35,532 nt of DNA from Octopus bimaculoides (Eukaryota): assembly GCF_001194135.2 (NCBI RefSeq), contig NC_068998.1, positions 37,481,360-37,516,891 of the forward strand, written 5' to 3'. Under the pieces are notes generated by a model that had not been told where the DNA came from, made no database searches, and saw only the letters and a list, made by a program, of their open reading frames with translations. Below, piece by piece: positions 24,197 to 34,434 of this stretch; position 1 is the stretch's first letter; the number at the start of each line of letters is the position of its first letter. The translations under genes were made by a program, and so were the position numbers.

Positions 24197-24774
24197 GTAT
24201 CATATATATATATATGCATACATATACATAGGTATATACATATTTACATATATATATGTATGTATATACATATATACATGTATGCATAAGCATACAGATA
24301 TACACACATATACATATATATGTGTATGTATATACATGCATACATACATACACACATGCTTAGTTCATTTAATTTGTATTGGGAAAAAGATGCAGCCGAG
24401 GAATATTTCTTTCCAGCATGATAAATAATAATTAATGTCAATATAGTTTTGTTAGATACATTTCATTATCTCTAGCTGCAGACAGTCTGTTTTATCATAT
24501 CTTACCTCGTCATTGCAGAGTGCTTCATAATTAATTAGTTACATTACAATCAAGAAGTTCAAGATGGAAGGCGGATAGATGTTTATTGTTTTCTAAGAAC
24601 TGTGTTTTGTCACTCTTAGAATGAGGAAGAATCCTATACAAAGAACGTTGAAAACTTTTAGTTTTAATATGAAAGTACGAAGAAAGAATGAATAATCAAA
24701 TATGCTCAACTTTTTTTTTTACTGCTACCCACTTAAATCAACAGAATAAGAACACGTGGGTGTGTGTGTGGAGA

Positions 24775-24828
<54 letters not shown>

Positions 24829-25660
24829 NNNNNNNNNNNNNNNNNNNNNNNNNNNNNNNNNNNNNNNNNNNNNNNNNNNNNNNNNNNNNNNNNNNNNNNN
24901 NNNNNNNNNNNNNNNNNNNNNNNNNNNNNNNNNNNNNNNNNNNNNNNNNNNNNNNNNNNNNNNNNNNNNNNNNNNNNNNNNNNNNNNNNNNNNNNNNNNN
25001 NNNNNNNNNNNNNNNNNNNNNNNNNNNNNNNNNNNNNNNNNNNNNNNNNNNNNNNNNNNNNNNNNNNNNNNNNNNNNNNNNNNNNNNNNNNNNNNNNNNN
25101 NNNNNNNNNNNNNNNNNNNNNNNNNNNNNNNNNNNNNNNNNNNNNNNNNNNNNNNNNNNNNNNNNNNNNNNNNNNNNNNNNNNNNNNNNNNNNNNNNNNN
25201 NNNNNNNNNNNNNNNNNNNNNNNNNNNNNNNNNNNNNNNNNNNNNNNNNNNNNNNNNNNNNNNNNNNNNNNNNNNNNNNNNNNNNNNNNNNNNNNNNNNN
25301 NNNNNNNNNNNNNNNNNNNNNNNNNNNNNNNNNNNNNNNNNNNNNNNNNNNNNNNNNNNNNNNNNNNNNNNNNNNNNNNNNNNNNNNNNNNNNNNNNNNN
25401 NNNNNNNNNNNNNNNNNNNNNNNNNNNNNNNNNNNNNNNNNNNNNNNNNNNNNNNNNNNNNNNNNNNNNNNNNNNNNNNNNNNNNNNNNNNNNNNNNNNN
25501 NNNNNNNNNNNNNNNNNNNNNNNNNNNNNNNNNNNNNNNNNNNNNNNNNNNNNNNNNNNNNNNNNNNNNNNNNNNNNNNNNNNNNNNNNNNNNNNNNNNN
25601 NNNNNNNNNNNGTCTTTGTGTGTGTGTTGCGCGCGTGCACACTATATTATAATATAAAGA

Positions 25661-25872
25661 TTTCAAGTTTTGGCACTAGGCCTGCAATTTTTGAGTGGAC
25701 CGGAGAGTCGATTATATCGACCCTAGTGTTTAACTGGTGCTTCTTTTAATGACCCCCCAAAAGCGCTGCAAAGCAAAGTCGATCGCTGCGGCTTTGAACT
25801 CAGAACATAACGGTAAATGAAACGCCGCTAAGCGTCTGTCCAGCGCGCTAACGACTCAGCCAGCTTGACGTC
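25661..25872 (-). mobile_element. Type B SINE, diverged
   Basis: TTTCAAGTTTTGGCACTAGG...GTCGATTATATCGACCC...TTTGAACTCAGAAC...CTAACGACTCAGCCAG. Confidence 0.85.
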
Positions 25873-26191
25873 TTATATCGTTGCATAAATATCGCCATTT
25901 ACTTCACAGGCTCAATTAGCATGAACAGATGGATGTATTGATAAGGTTATTAGTTTTGACAGGGAAATACGGGAGACAATAACTATATTATCGTTCATTA
26001 GTTTGTTTATCTTCGTCAGCTTCCGAAGCAGACTGATAACATTTGTCTGTGATAATGTACAGTCTGTGTGCACAAGTTCGCGTAAGCTGCTGTGTTTGTG
26101 CATGCGTGTTCTTGTGTGTGTGTGTGTGTGTCTGCGTTGTACAGAGCTGTATGTGGTATACATATCATTTTTAAGTAAACATATATATATA

Positions 26192-26537
26192 GGCGCAGGA
26201 GTGGCTGTGTGGTAAGTAGCTTGCGTACCAACCACATGGTTCCGGGTTCAGTCCCACTGCGTGGCACCTTGGGCAAGTGTCTTCTACTATAGCCTCGGGC
26301 CGACCAAAGCCTTGTGAGTAGATTTGGTAGACGGAAACTGAAAGAAGCCTGTCGTATATATGTATATATATATATGTATATGTGTTTGTGTGTCTGTGTT
26401 TGTCCCCCCACCACCACCACCACCATCGCTTGACAACCGATGCTGGTATGTTTATGTCCCCGTAACTTAGCGGTTCGGCAAAAAGAGACCGATAGAATAA
26501 GTACTAGGCTTACAAAGAATAAGTCCTGGGGTCGATT
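26192..26537 (+). mobile_element. Type A SINE with intact-looking head, running into an N-gap
   Basis: GGCGCAGGAGTGGCTGTGTGGTAAG (A-box-like), GGGTTCAGTCCC (B-box-like), GGCACCTTGGGCAAG, internal TA/TG repeat, 3' module. Confidence 0.95.
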
Positions 26538-27097
26538 NNNNNNNNNNNNNNNNNNNNNNNNNNNNNNNNNNNNNNNNNNNNNNNNNNNNNNNNNNNNNNN
26601 NNNNNNNNNNNNNNNNNNNNNNNNNNNNNNNNNNNNNNNNNNNNNNNNNNNNNNNNNNNNNNNNNNNNNNNNNNNNNNNNNNNNNNNNNNNNNNNNNNNN
26701 NNNNNNNNNNNNNNNNNNNNNNNNNNNNNNNNNNNNNNNNNNNNNNNNNNNNNNNNNNNNNNNNNNNNNNNNNNNNNNNNNNNNNNNNNNNNNNNNNNNN
26801 NNNNNNNNNNNNNNNNNNNNNNNNNNNNNNNNNNNNNNNNNNNNNNNNNNNNNNNNNNNNNNNNNNNNNNNNNNNNNNNNNNNNNNNNNNNNNNNNNNNN
26901 NNNNNNNNNNNNNNNNNNNNNNNNNNNNNNNNNNNNNNNNNNNNNNNNNNNNNNNNNNNNNNNNNNNNNNNNNNNNNNNNNNNNNNNNNNNNNNNNNNNN
27001 NNNTATATATATATTGTATCTGGTGAGAGTCATTCTCTTTTAGTGCCTTATTATTTAATACTCACTGCTTCGATTTGCACTCATTTATTTATTTCTT

Positions 27098-27134
27098 CTA
27101 AAATTTTCGTTGCGTCTTGCAACTTTTTCAATAA
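27098..27134 (-). ncRNA. Degenerate minimal hammerhead-like motif
   Basis: Minus strand reads AUUA-UUGAAAA-A-GUUGC[AAGAC]GCAAC-GAAAAUUUUAG: intact 5-bp stem II followed by GAAA and a palindrome; core has two changes versus CUGAAGA. Confidence 0.35.
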
Positions 27135-27239
27135 TCGTTGAATCTGTCCGTATACACATATACACACACACTATATGTGTTTCAGTCTTCATTTGTGTAT
27201 GTATGTGTAAGTGCTTGTCTGCCCGTATTACGTATGTAA

Positions 27240-27460
27240 ACCAAACCAACAACAACAATAACAATAGCAATATCAATGACAACAATGGTGACAATAACAA
27301 TAGCATCAATGATAACCACAACATTCCCTCCTCAAACAACTATAACAACAATAACACAAATATACGAAATCAAGACAACAACAATTATAAGCACCACCAC
27401 CACCACTAGCAACAACAATGCTAGCAACTATAACAACCACAACGAGAGTAACACCAGTCG
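27240..27460. repeat. (AAC/AAT/CAC)n low-complexity tract
   Basis: Visible. Confidence 0.9.
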
Positions 27461-27504
27461 CACGCTACACGCTGTCTTCTATAACCCCAACAACAAATCG
27501 TATG

Positions 27505-29139
27505 ACAGAACGAAGATCTACCCCCCACAGACTTACCCTTCAACAAAAGGGTATGTATTCCTCCAGAGATTGACTGTGAGACAGATGCAAAGACTTCCTC
27601 AGCTAGAAATAGACTCTGGCACGTCTTAGACTGGTGCGACAAAACTACTTAAAATGAGGGGGAGACCCACCAACTCAGTTCATCTGTTGCCAAAGGCCTA
27701 CAAAAGCTGTAACAGCGAATTAGGGAAAGGGAATTAGTGTACCACCCTACAAACAAGTCTGGCAGACTGTCAACAGACAGCCCTCAGAACTATGTCCAGA
27801 CCATGCAACAACACATCAGTAGCATGAGAGAAGTTGCACACTAGGAAAATGAAAGAAGGGGAAAACTCTTCAATGTAGGAATGTGGTGCAACATACTTCA
27901 ACCCAAGAAACGGACTGCGCAAAATTTCCAAGCATCCAACAACGATGTTCCTACGCTATACGGGTTACATAAAGACCACAAAACCTACGTAAACCCTGTT
28001 ATGGGGCTCCCAACCCGACCAGTTTGTGGAGCGAATATCTCTAGTAACTATAGACGATTCTACTCCTACTCACAGGTATTGCGACCACTCATTGAAATGT
28101 CCCCAGATATCTGTATGAGCATAGAGGATCTCCTCAGTAGAATCAGTAGTTGCAACCACTCTAACGACCTCACAGGCTGTGTAGTGGGTAGTATGGATGT
28201 AGTTTCACGCTACCCATCTATAGACATAGATTTTGCTGTGGAAAAATGCATTGAGTTATCTGTGAGAGTGAAGTAGAGTTCCGTGAAGTCAACACGAGGG
28301 AACTGGGCCTCCTCCTTAAACTAAGCTATGGCTGTATCTACCAAGACAAACATGAACTTAGTAGATTCTGCCCCACCAGGTCGCAGAGGGGAAGACCACC
28401 CACCATCACTTCAGCCGTGAAGAAAAGTACCGCAGAGCGCTGGAGTGGCTGGACCATACCCACTCAGGATCCCGAGGACAAAAATCAGGTGAAAAGAATG
28501 ACTGCACATGCATTAGGGGCTAGTATAAGAACCACATTGAAGAACCACGTAGTAAAGTTTAACAAGAAACTACAAATGCAGGTTCAAGGTGCAGCCATTG
28601 GTCTTGGTGTGGCTGGAAATGTGGCAGGCCTCTTTATGACCTGGTGAGACAGATTACTCAATCCTTAGCGGAGCAATCCATAACTGTTTTGCTTTACTTT
28701 AAGTATGTAGATCATATATATATTCTAGTTATGACAAGCTCTAGTAACTGTAACGTAGAAGCAGATAGGAGCATAATAGAGAGCATCCAGCATGTAGCTA
28801 ACTCCATCCACCAAAGTATCAACTATAGATTACCCCTCTAGGCACCCTAACAATAGGCTCCCTGTCCTTGGGACTGAACTTTAGTTAGAGACTGTGAACA
28901 ACAGAGTGCAGTTCCTCTACTCCTATTACATGAAACCCATAGCTTCTAAATATGTTATTCACAAGAACTCAGCTTTGTCACACATTAAAATAAACATATT
29001 GATAGCATACTTAGCTAGGATAATGAATAACGTGACCCACCCACCCTTATGTAAACCCTATGAAACAAAGAAACATGTACGGTACTTCATACACCGCATG
29101 TAATATTCTGGATATGATCAGAAAGGTAGGGTTCCGTTT
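27505..29139 (+). mobile_element. Penelope-like retroelement RT pseudogene (Neptune- or Naiad-like)
   Basis: PTDLPFNKRV; GLQKL*QRIRERELVYHPTNKSGR; PTLYGLHKDHK..PTRPVCG; GSMDVVSRYPSI; QVQGAAIGLGVAGNVA; KYVDH (28701-28715); DYPSRHPNNRLPVL; YYMKPIASKYVIHKNSAL; RM*YSGY; multiple stops and frameshifts. Confidence 0.9.
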
Positions 29140-29140
29140 A

Positions 29141-29194
29141 AATAAGGAAAGCATACTCATTAAAAAATATAAATTACAGCTGAATATCCTTTAG
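29141..29194 (+). pseudogene. Possible C-terminal tip of a GIY-YIG endonuclease
   Basis: NKESILIKKYKLQLNIL* resembles the terminal E-x(9)-N motif of PLE endonucleases. Confidence 0.45.
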
Positions 29195-29339
29195 AAAGAA
29201 GAACAAACAGTAAAGAGATAAAGGAAAAAAGACTCAATTTCTCCACAAAAAAGCAACAAGTAACAACAAACAATTTTAAAAAACTTTAGTAATAGTCTTC
29301 CACCCGGGTTTCAAAACCGCAACTCCAAATCACCATATA

Positions 29340-29602
29340 AACACCAGTTGCCGACGTCACCAGCCTCTAGACCAATGAAATTTTACAAACAACAGTTGTT
29401 GACGTCACTGTAAACGAATCAAAACCGAGCATTTCAACGAAATGACCCTTTAAGAGAATCAACCAACCGGAACGACTGATGACTGTTCCTACAGGGAAGC
29501 CAACCAGGCAGAACGACAAACTTGGCAACTGGAAAAACAAGACGTCACCAGTAATTTAACGAATCAAAAATCAGATCCGCTCGTGGAAAAAAATTATAAA
29601 TA
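29340..29602 (+). promoter_or_regulatory. Promoter-like segment, probably in a PLE pseudo-LTR
   Basis: GACGTCAC at 29353, 29401 (full TGACGTCA at 29400) and 29541; CCAAT near 29372; TATAAATA at 29595. Confidence 0.4.
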
Positions 29603-30141
29603 CACCGGATTCTTAAACATACAGCTACAAGCGAAAGCTCCTACGGAAAGAAGATCAGAGAAACTGTATAGCAAATCCCCTTTTTTACTATCTTCATTTT
29701 TCCCTTGTTTTTTTCCCTCTTAACTCAGTTTGACTCAAACTTTGATGATGTTTATTTCTTGTCGATCACTACTAACATTAATGAGCTTTGTACATTCAGA
29801 CAAGCTGATGCACAGTTTTAATATTTTTGACTGCTATCAACATTTAAACGTGTCAGCATAGAAATTTCTGTACCTGTCCTCCTAATTCATAATTCTAAAT
29901 TTGTCTGTTATGAACAATTTAATTTGTCAACGTCGAAACATTTTAATTTGTCAATATTGAAACTTTTAAAGATGTTTTTCTAATTCATAATTTTAAACTT
30001 TTATCATTGATAAACAAAAAATAATGTTGAAACTAGTTAGGTATATATATATGTAAATAAATGTACTTCAAACAAATTACAAGTTTTCCAAATTTAGGTG
30101 TATTTTCAACAAAAAATTGCCTATATGTATATACATATATA

Positions 30142-30284
30142 GGCGCAGCCATGGCTGTGCAGTAAGAAGCTTGCTTCTCAACCACGTGGTTCCGGGTTGA
30201 GTCCCACTGTGTGGCACCTTGGGCAAGTGTCTCCACTGAGTGGACTTGGCAGACGGAAACTGAAAGACGACTGTCATGTATATG

Positions 30285-30335
<51 letters not shown>

Positions 30336-30570
30336 GTATGTTTGTATGTATGTATGACTATGTCTGTATACCTGTGTATCTGCCACACCAACACCATCGC
30401 TTGGCAACTGATGTCAGTGTGTTTAGATTCCCGTAACTTAGCGGTTCAGCCCAATTGACCGATAGAATAAGTACTAGGCTTACAAAGAATAAGTCGTGGG
30501 GTCGACTTACTCGACTAAAAGCGGTGCTCCAGCATAGCTGCAGTAAAATGACTGAAACAAGTAAAAAATA
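30142..30570 (+). mobile_element. Full-length type A SINE
   Basis: Collinear with the 26192 copy and continues through GGTGCTCCAGCATAGCTGCAGTAAAATGACTGAAACAAG to an A-rich tail. Confidence 0.95.
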
Positions 30571-30617
30571 AAGTAATAAAAAATATATACACACATATAA
30601 AAGAATAAAAAATATAT

Positions 30618-30652
<35 letters not shown>

Positions 30653-30945
30653 NNNNNNNNNNNNNNNNNNNNNNNNNNNNNNNNNNNNNNNNNNNNNNNN
30701 NNNNNNNNNNNNNNNNNNNNNNNNNNNNNNNNNNNNNNNNNNNNNNNNNNNNNNNNNNNNNNNNNNNNNNNNNNNNNNNNNNNNNNNNNNNNNNNNNNNN
30801 NNNNNNNNNNNNNNNNNNNNNNNNNNNNNNNNNNNNNNNNNNNNNNNNNNNNNNNGATTTATTATTAGTGTTGCTTAATATGTTTTGCTAAAATTGCTGT
30901 TCTTTTTCAGATATCATCAGAAAAAGGTAATTAAAATTCATTAAA

Positions 30946-31976
30946 ACGACAGATCTATCGGTCTTTCAGAGAAGTCAAATTGCTGGTGCTCGTATGGTTA
31001 GACATAACGAAAACAGCTGAAATGTTTGGTGTATCAAGAAGTACTGTCTCGAAAGTAATGACAGCCTTTGAGAAAGAGGGAAAAACCTCCTCGTCGACAC
31101 AAAACTCGGGAAGAAAACCAAAACTTTCAGACAGGAACCGTCGGTCTCTTACGCGAATTGTTAGAAAGGATCACAAAAGTACAGCTCCCAAAATTACTGC
31201 AGAGCTTGATGACCACTTCGAGAACCCATTTTCCACAAAAACTGTTCGCTGGTGCTGCACAAAGCCTGATCTCACAGGAGGGTGCAATCAGAAAACCACT
31301 ATTTTCAAAAACAAACGTTGCAAAGCGTTTAGAGTGGAGTAGAAACCTACAGAATTGGTCCCGAGAGCAATGGAAGAATGTTATTTTCTCGGACGAGTCT
31401 CCTTTACATTATTTCCGACCACTAGCCGAGTATACGTGTAGAGACAGCAAAAAAAAAAGCATTTGACACAGATTGCCTTCTTGCAACTGTTAAACATGGA
31501 GGAGGATCTGTGATGATTTGGTGGGGGAGGCTATATCTTGGTAATCCGCCGGCCCAAAGGTTTCCCTCCATGGCAGAATTAATAGTCAAGGCTATTTAAG
31601 CATTTTACTTGATCAAATTCATCTTATGGTTACGGAACTGTTTCCGCGGGGAAACGTAATCTTCCAAGAAGATAATGCACCAATTCACATAGCTAAAGTT
31701 GTTACTGAATGGCACGAGGAACATTCTGGTGAAGTTGAGCATTTTATCTGGCCACCATAGTCCCCAGATCTCAATATTATTGAACATTTATGGTGCATTT
31801 TAGAAAAACAAGTAAAGAGTCGATATCCTCCACCATCATCACTACAGGAACTGGAGATTATTTTAACTGAAGAATGGACAAACATTCCTTTGAAAACAAT
31901 TCAAACTTTGTATGAGTCCATAACTCGTAGAATTCAAGCTGTAATTACTGCCAAAGGCGGTCCCTCTCCTTATTAA
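30946..31976 (+). pseudogene. Tc1-like transposase, near full length, frameshifted
   Basis: TAEMFGVSRSTVSKV (HTH), SGRKPKL, AIRKPL, WKNVIFSDES, TVKHGGGSVMIW, FQEDNAPIH, WPP*SPDLNIIEHLW, RIQAVITAKGGPSPY*. Confidence 0.95.
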
Positions 31977-31999
31977 AATTAATTTGTTTGAAATTATAA

Positions 32000-32038
32000 G
32001 GTGTTTCCATTATCTTGCATTATTTTGTCGAACCCCTG
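32000..32038. repeat. Right TIR of the Tc1-like element
   Basis: GGTGTTTCCATTAT..ATTATTTTGTCGAACCCCTG is a Tc1-type end; the left TIR is presumably inside gap 30653-30855. Confidence 0.75.
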
Positions 32039-32249
32039 TGTATATATATATACACACATATATACATATATACACATATATATATACACACNNNNNNNNN
32101 NTATATAATTATAATAACAATTAATGTAAGTCGCTAGTCGCAGTACTAAACCGTATAAGAAAGATTTAGTAGTCATTAATTGTGACTGTAGGTGTTAAAA
32201 TCTCAGTTATTGCAATAAATAATAGTTAAAACTCTTATCGCTGCGTGCA

Positions 32250-32285
<36 letters not shown>

Positions 32286-32323
32286 ACAAATATACACACT
32301 TATATATATATATATATGTATGT

Positions 32324-32489
32324 AATTTATCAATGTCACTAACGTGAGAAGGGTACAGAGTGGTACCAGCAATGCTTCCTCTCGTTCGTCAATTTAGCTT
32401 TTTCTGGCTAATAGAGTCGTTTTGACTCTTATTTCAAGCAATGCTGGTACCACTCTGTACTCTTGCCACATTAGTGACGTTGATAAATT
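32324..32489. repeat. Inverted repeat with 53-bp arms (palindromic MITE-like)
   Basis: 32324-32376 is the near-perfect reverse complement of 32437-32489. Confidence 0.9.
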
Positions 32490-32760
32490 TGCCTTTCGGT
32501 TTCCATTGCTAACAAGTCGCCTACATTATTCCTAGTATACTCTTCTCCTGTTTTAAAATCGCACATGCTTTTCAACGATTTTTGTTGAGTTGACGAGGCG
32601 AGTTTATACTTAACACTAGGCGCATTAAGATCCACTGACGAGAATTGAGATGCCATGCATCAGAATTCGAAAATCACGTGATATGGGTATATCTGCAACT
32701 TTATTGTGTTCGTATCACTACAGTACGGAACTTTCTCGCTTCCTCTCTTTCGTGAACTGA

Positions 32761-32877
32761 AGAGTCGTTTTGATTCATTTTTCTAGCAATGCTGGTACCA
32801 CTCTGTACCCTTGTCACATTAGTGACGGTGATAAATTTGTCATTAGGTTTTAATTGCTAACAACCCACCTACATTAT
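32761..32877 (+). repeat. Diverged direct duplicate of 32413-32529
   Basis: AGAGTCGTTTTGA...GCAATGCTGGTACCACTCTGTAC...ATTGCTAACAA..CCTACATTAT. Confidence 0.9.
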
Positions 32878-32970
32878 ATGTATATCTGAAAGCATTATTG
32901 CTGTCAAAAACGGTATTAATGCAGCGGTTAGCAAGACTTCTACCTTAATAGGTATAATATTAAATATTTG

Positions 32971-33603
32971 AAGACGGGTAAAAATACCGCTTGTCAAAGA
33001 TGAAAGCGAAAGCTTCAAAAACCACCAATCCTATGATAAATACACACAGAGCAATGCAATGAACATTTAAAAAAATAGGCTTACCTTCAGGGTGGAATTT
33101 GAAGGTAGTTTACATACCCAAATATCAATAGATTTCATGCTGTGCATGAGAAAACATGCTTTGCAATTTTCAGTTGGAGAGAGTAACATCTATTTCCAAA
33201 ATATTCATTACGTCAACTGGTGTAGAAGTTTTTCTAACCGCCTCGTTATTACTGTTTTTAAAAGCAGTAATGCTATCATATAGTTACTTTTTTTATTGTT
33301 TATGATAGTTTTCACTTTAAACGGAGCAGGACGTTTAAAGTTCGAAACGCACACGAGTTGACGTAGTGAATATTTTGGAAAAAGATGTTACTTACTCCAA
33401 CTGAAGATTGCAAAGCATGTTTTCTCATGCACAGCTTGAAATCAATTCATATTGGGGTATGTAAACTATCTTCAAATTCCATCCTGAAGGTAAGCCTATT
33501 TTTTTAAGTGTTCATTGCATTGCTCTGTGTGTATTTATCGTAGGATTGGTGGTCTTTGAAGCTTTCACTTTCATTTTTGGCAAGCGGTATTTTTACCCTT
33601 CTT
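32971..33603. mobile_element. Foldback/long-TIR MITE with about 250-bp inverted arms
   Basis: 32971-33223 is the reverse complement of 33351-33603 with scattered substitutions. Confidence 0.9.
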
Positions 33604-33632
33604 TTATTCAAAGAGAGATATATATATATATA

Positions 33633-33748
33633 CTTTATTTAAAAGCAGCAGCAATATCAATTACTCAGAGTTTCACGTTCCCGTTCGTCGGGCAGTTTCT
33701 AACTCTGAGTAACAGTTTTTGTGATATTTCTGCTGCTTTTAAATAAAG
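33633..33748. repeat. Imperfect hairpin
   Basis: CTTTATTTAAAAGCAGCAG/CTGCTGCTTTTAAATAAAG and TTACTCAGAGTT/AACTCTGAGTAA. Confidence 0.85.
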
Positions 33749-33843
33749 CATATTACTCTACCTCTGGTAATTGAGTACTCTTTTTTCCACATCGTTTCAC
33801 AATTACTCCGTTATATATATATATATATATATCTATATATATA

Positions 33844-33877
<34 letters not shown>

Positions 33878-33903
33878 CATACATACATACATACATACAT
33901 ACA

Positions 33904-33935
<32 letters not shown>

Positions 33936-34385
33936 CACTCACATTTATATGTTTATATACACTGTTGATGAGCCCCAATTACTGGATGAAACTGCGGTCG
34001 AGTATTCTAGTTTTGCTCATGGGGAAATGATCTACCCTGTCAATATATATAATTGTACTTCTCATGAAGCTGTAAGAGTTAAAACTCTTATTTCTAACAA
34101 TATATGTACATACATGTATGTATGTATGTATGTATGTATGTATGTATGTATGTATGTACATATATGCATATATATCTATTTACAGATATATACACGCATA
34201 GAAACACATATGTATAAAATTGTGTATGTATGTGACTTGCACACAAATTGCACCAGACAGACAGAAAGATCGTAGGCCTGAGAGGGGGAGGAAGAGAAAA
34301 AGAAAGAGATAAAAATGAAGTGTTACGAGAAATATAATTAAAAAGATATTAACACTAAAAATAGAATAAATAAGTAAATAGTTGA

Positions 34386-34434
34386 AATTGAATCGCTCTA
34401 TACGGCTCTATGAGCCGAATAGAGCGATTCAATT
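34386..34434. other. 23-bp stem hairpin with one mismatch and a 3-nt loop
   Basis: AATTGAATCGCTCTATACGGCTC-TAT-GAGCCGAATAGAGCGATTCAATT. Confidence 0.9.

Noticed and set aside
28642-28650. In-frame TGA (W*D) as selenocysteine recoding, as in some Naiad PLEs
   Set aside because: The same ORF has TAA/TAG stops, frameshifts and a YVDH active-site change; TGG-to-TGA decay is the simpler explanation
29470-29950. Hammerhead in the putative 3' pLTR (CTGATGA near 29480; GTCGAAAC near 29932)
   Set aside because: The core halves cannot be joined into consistent stems
30901-30932. 16-nt micro-exon (TTTTTCAG...AAG|GTAATT) in the Tc1 leader
   Set aside because: Too short to distinguish from chance and no supporting evidence
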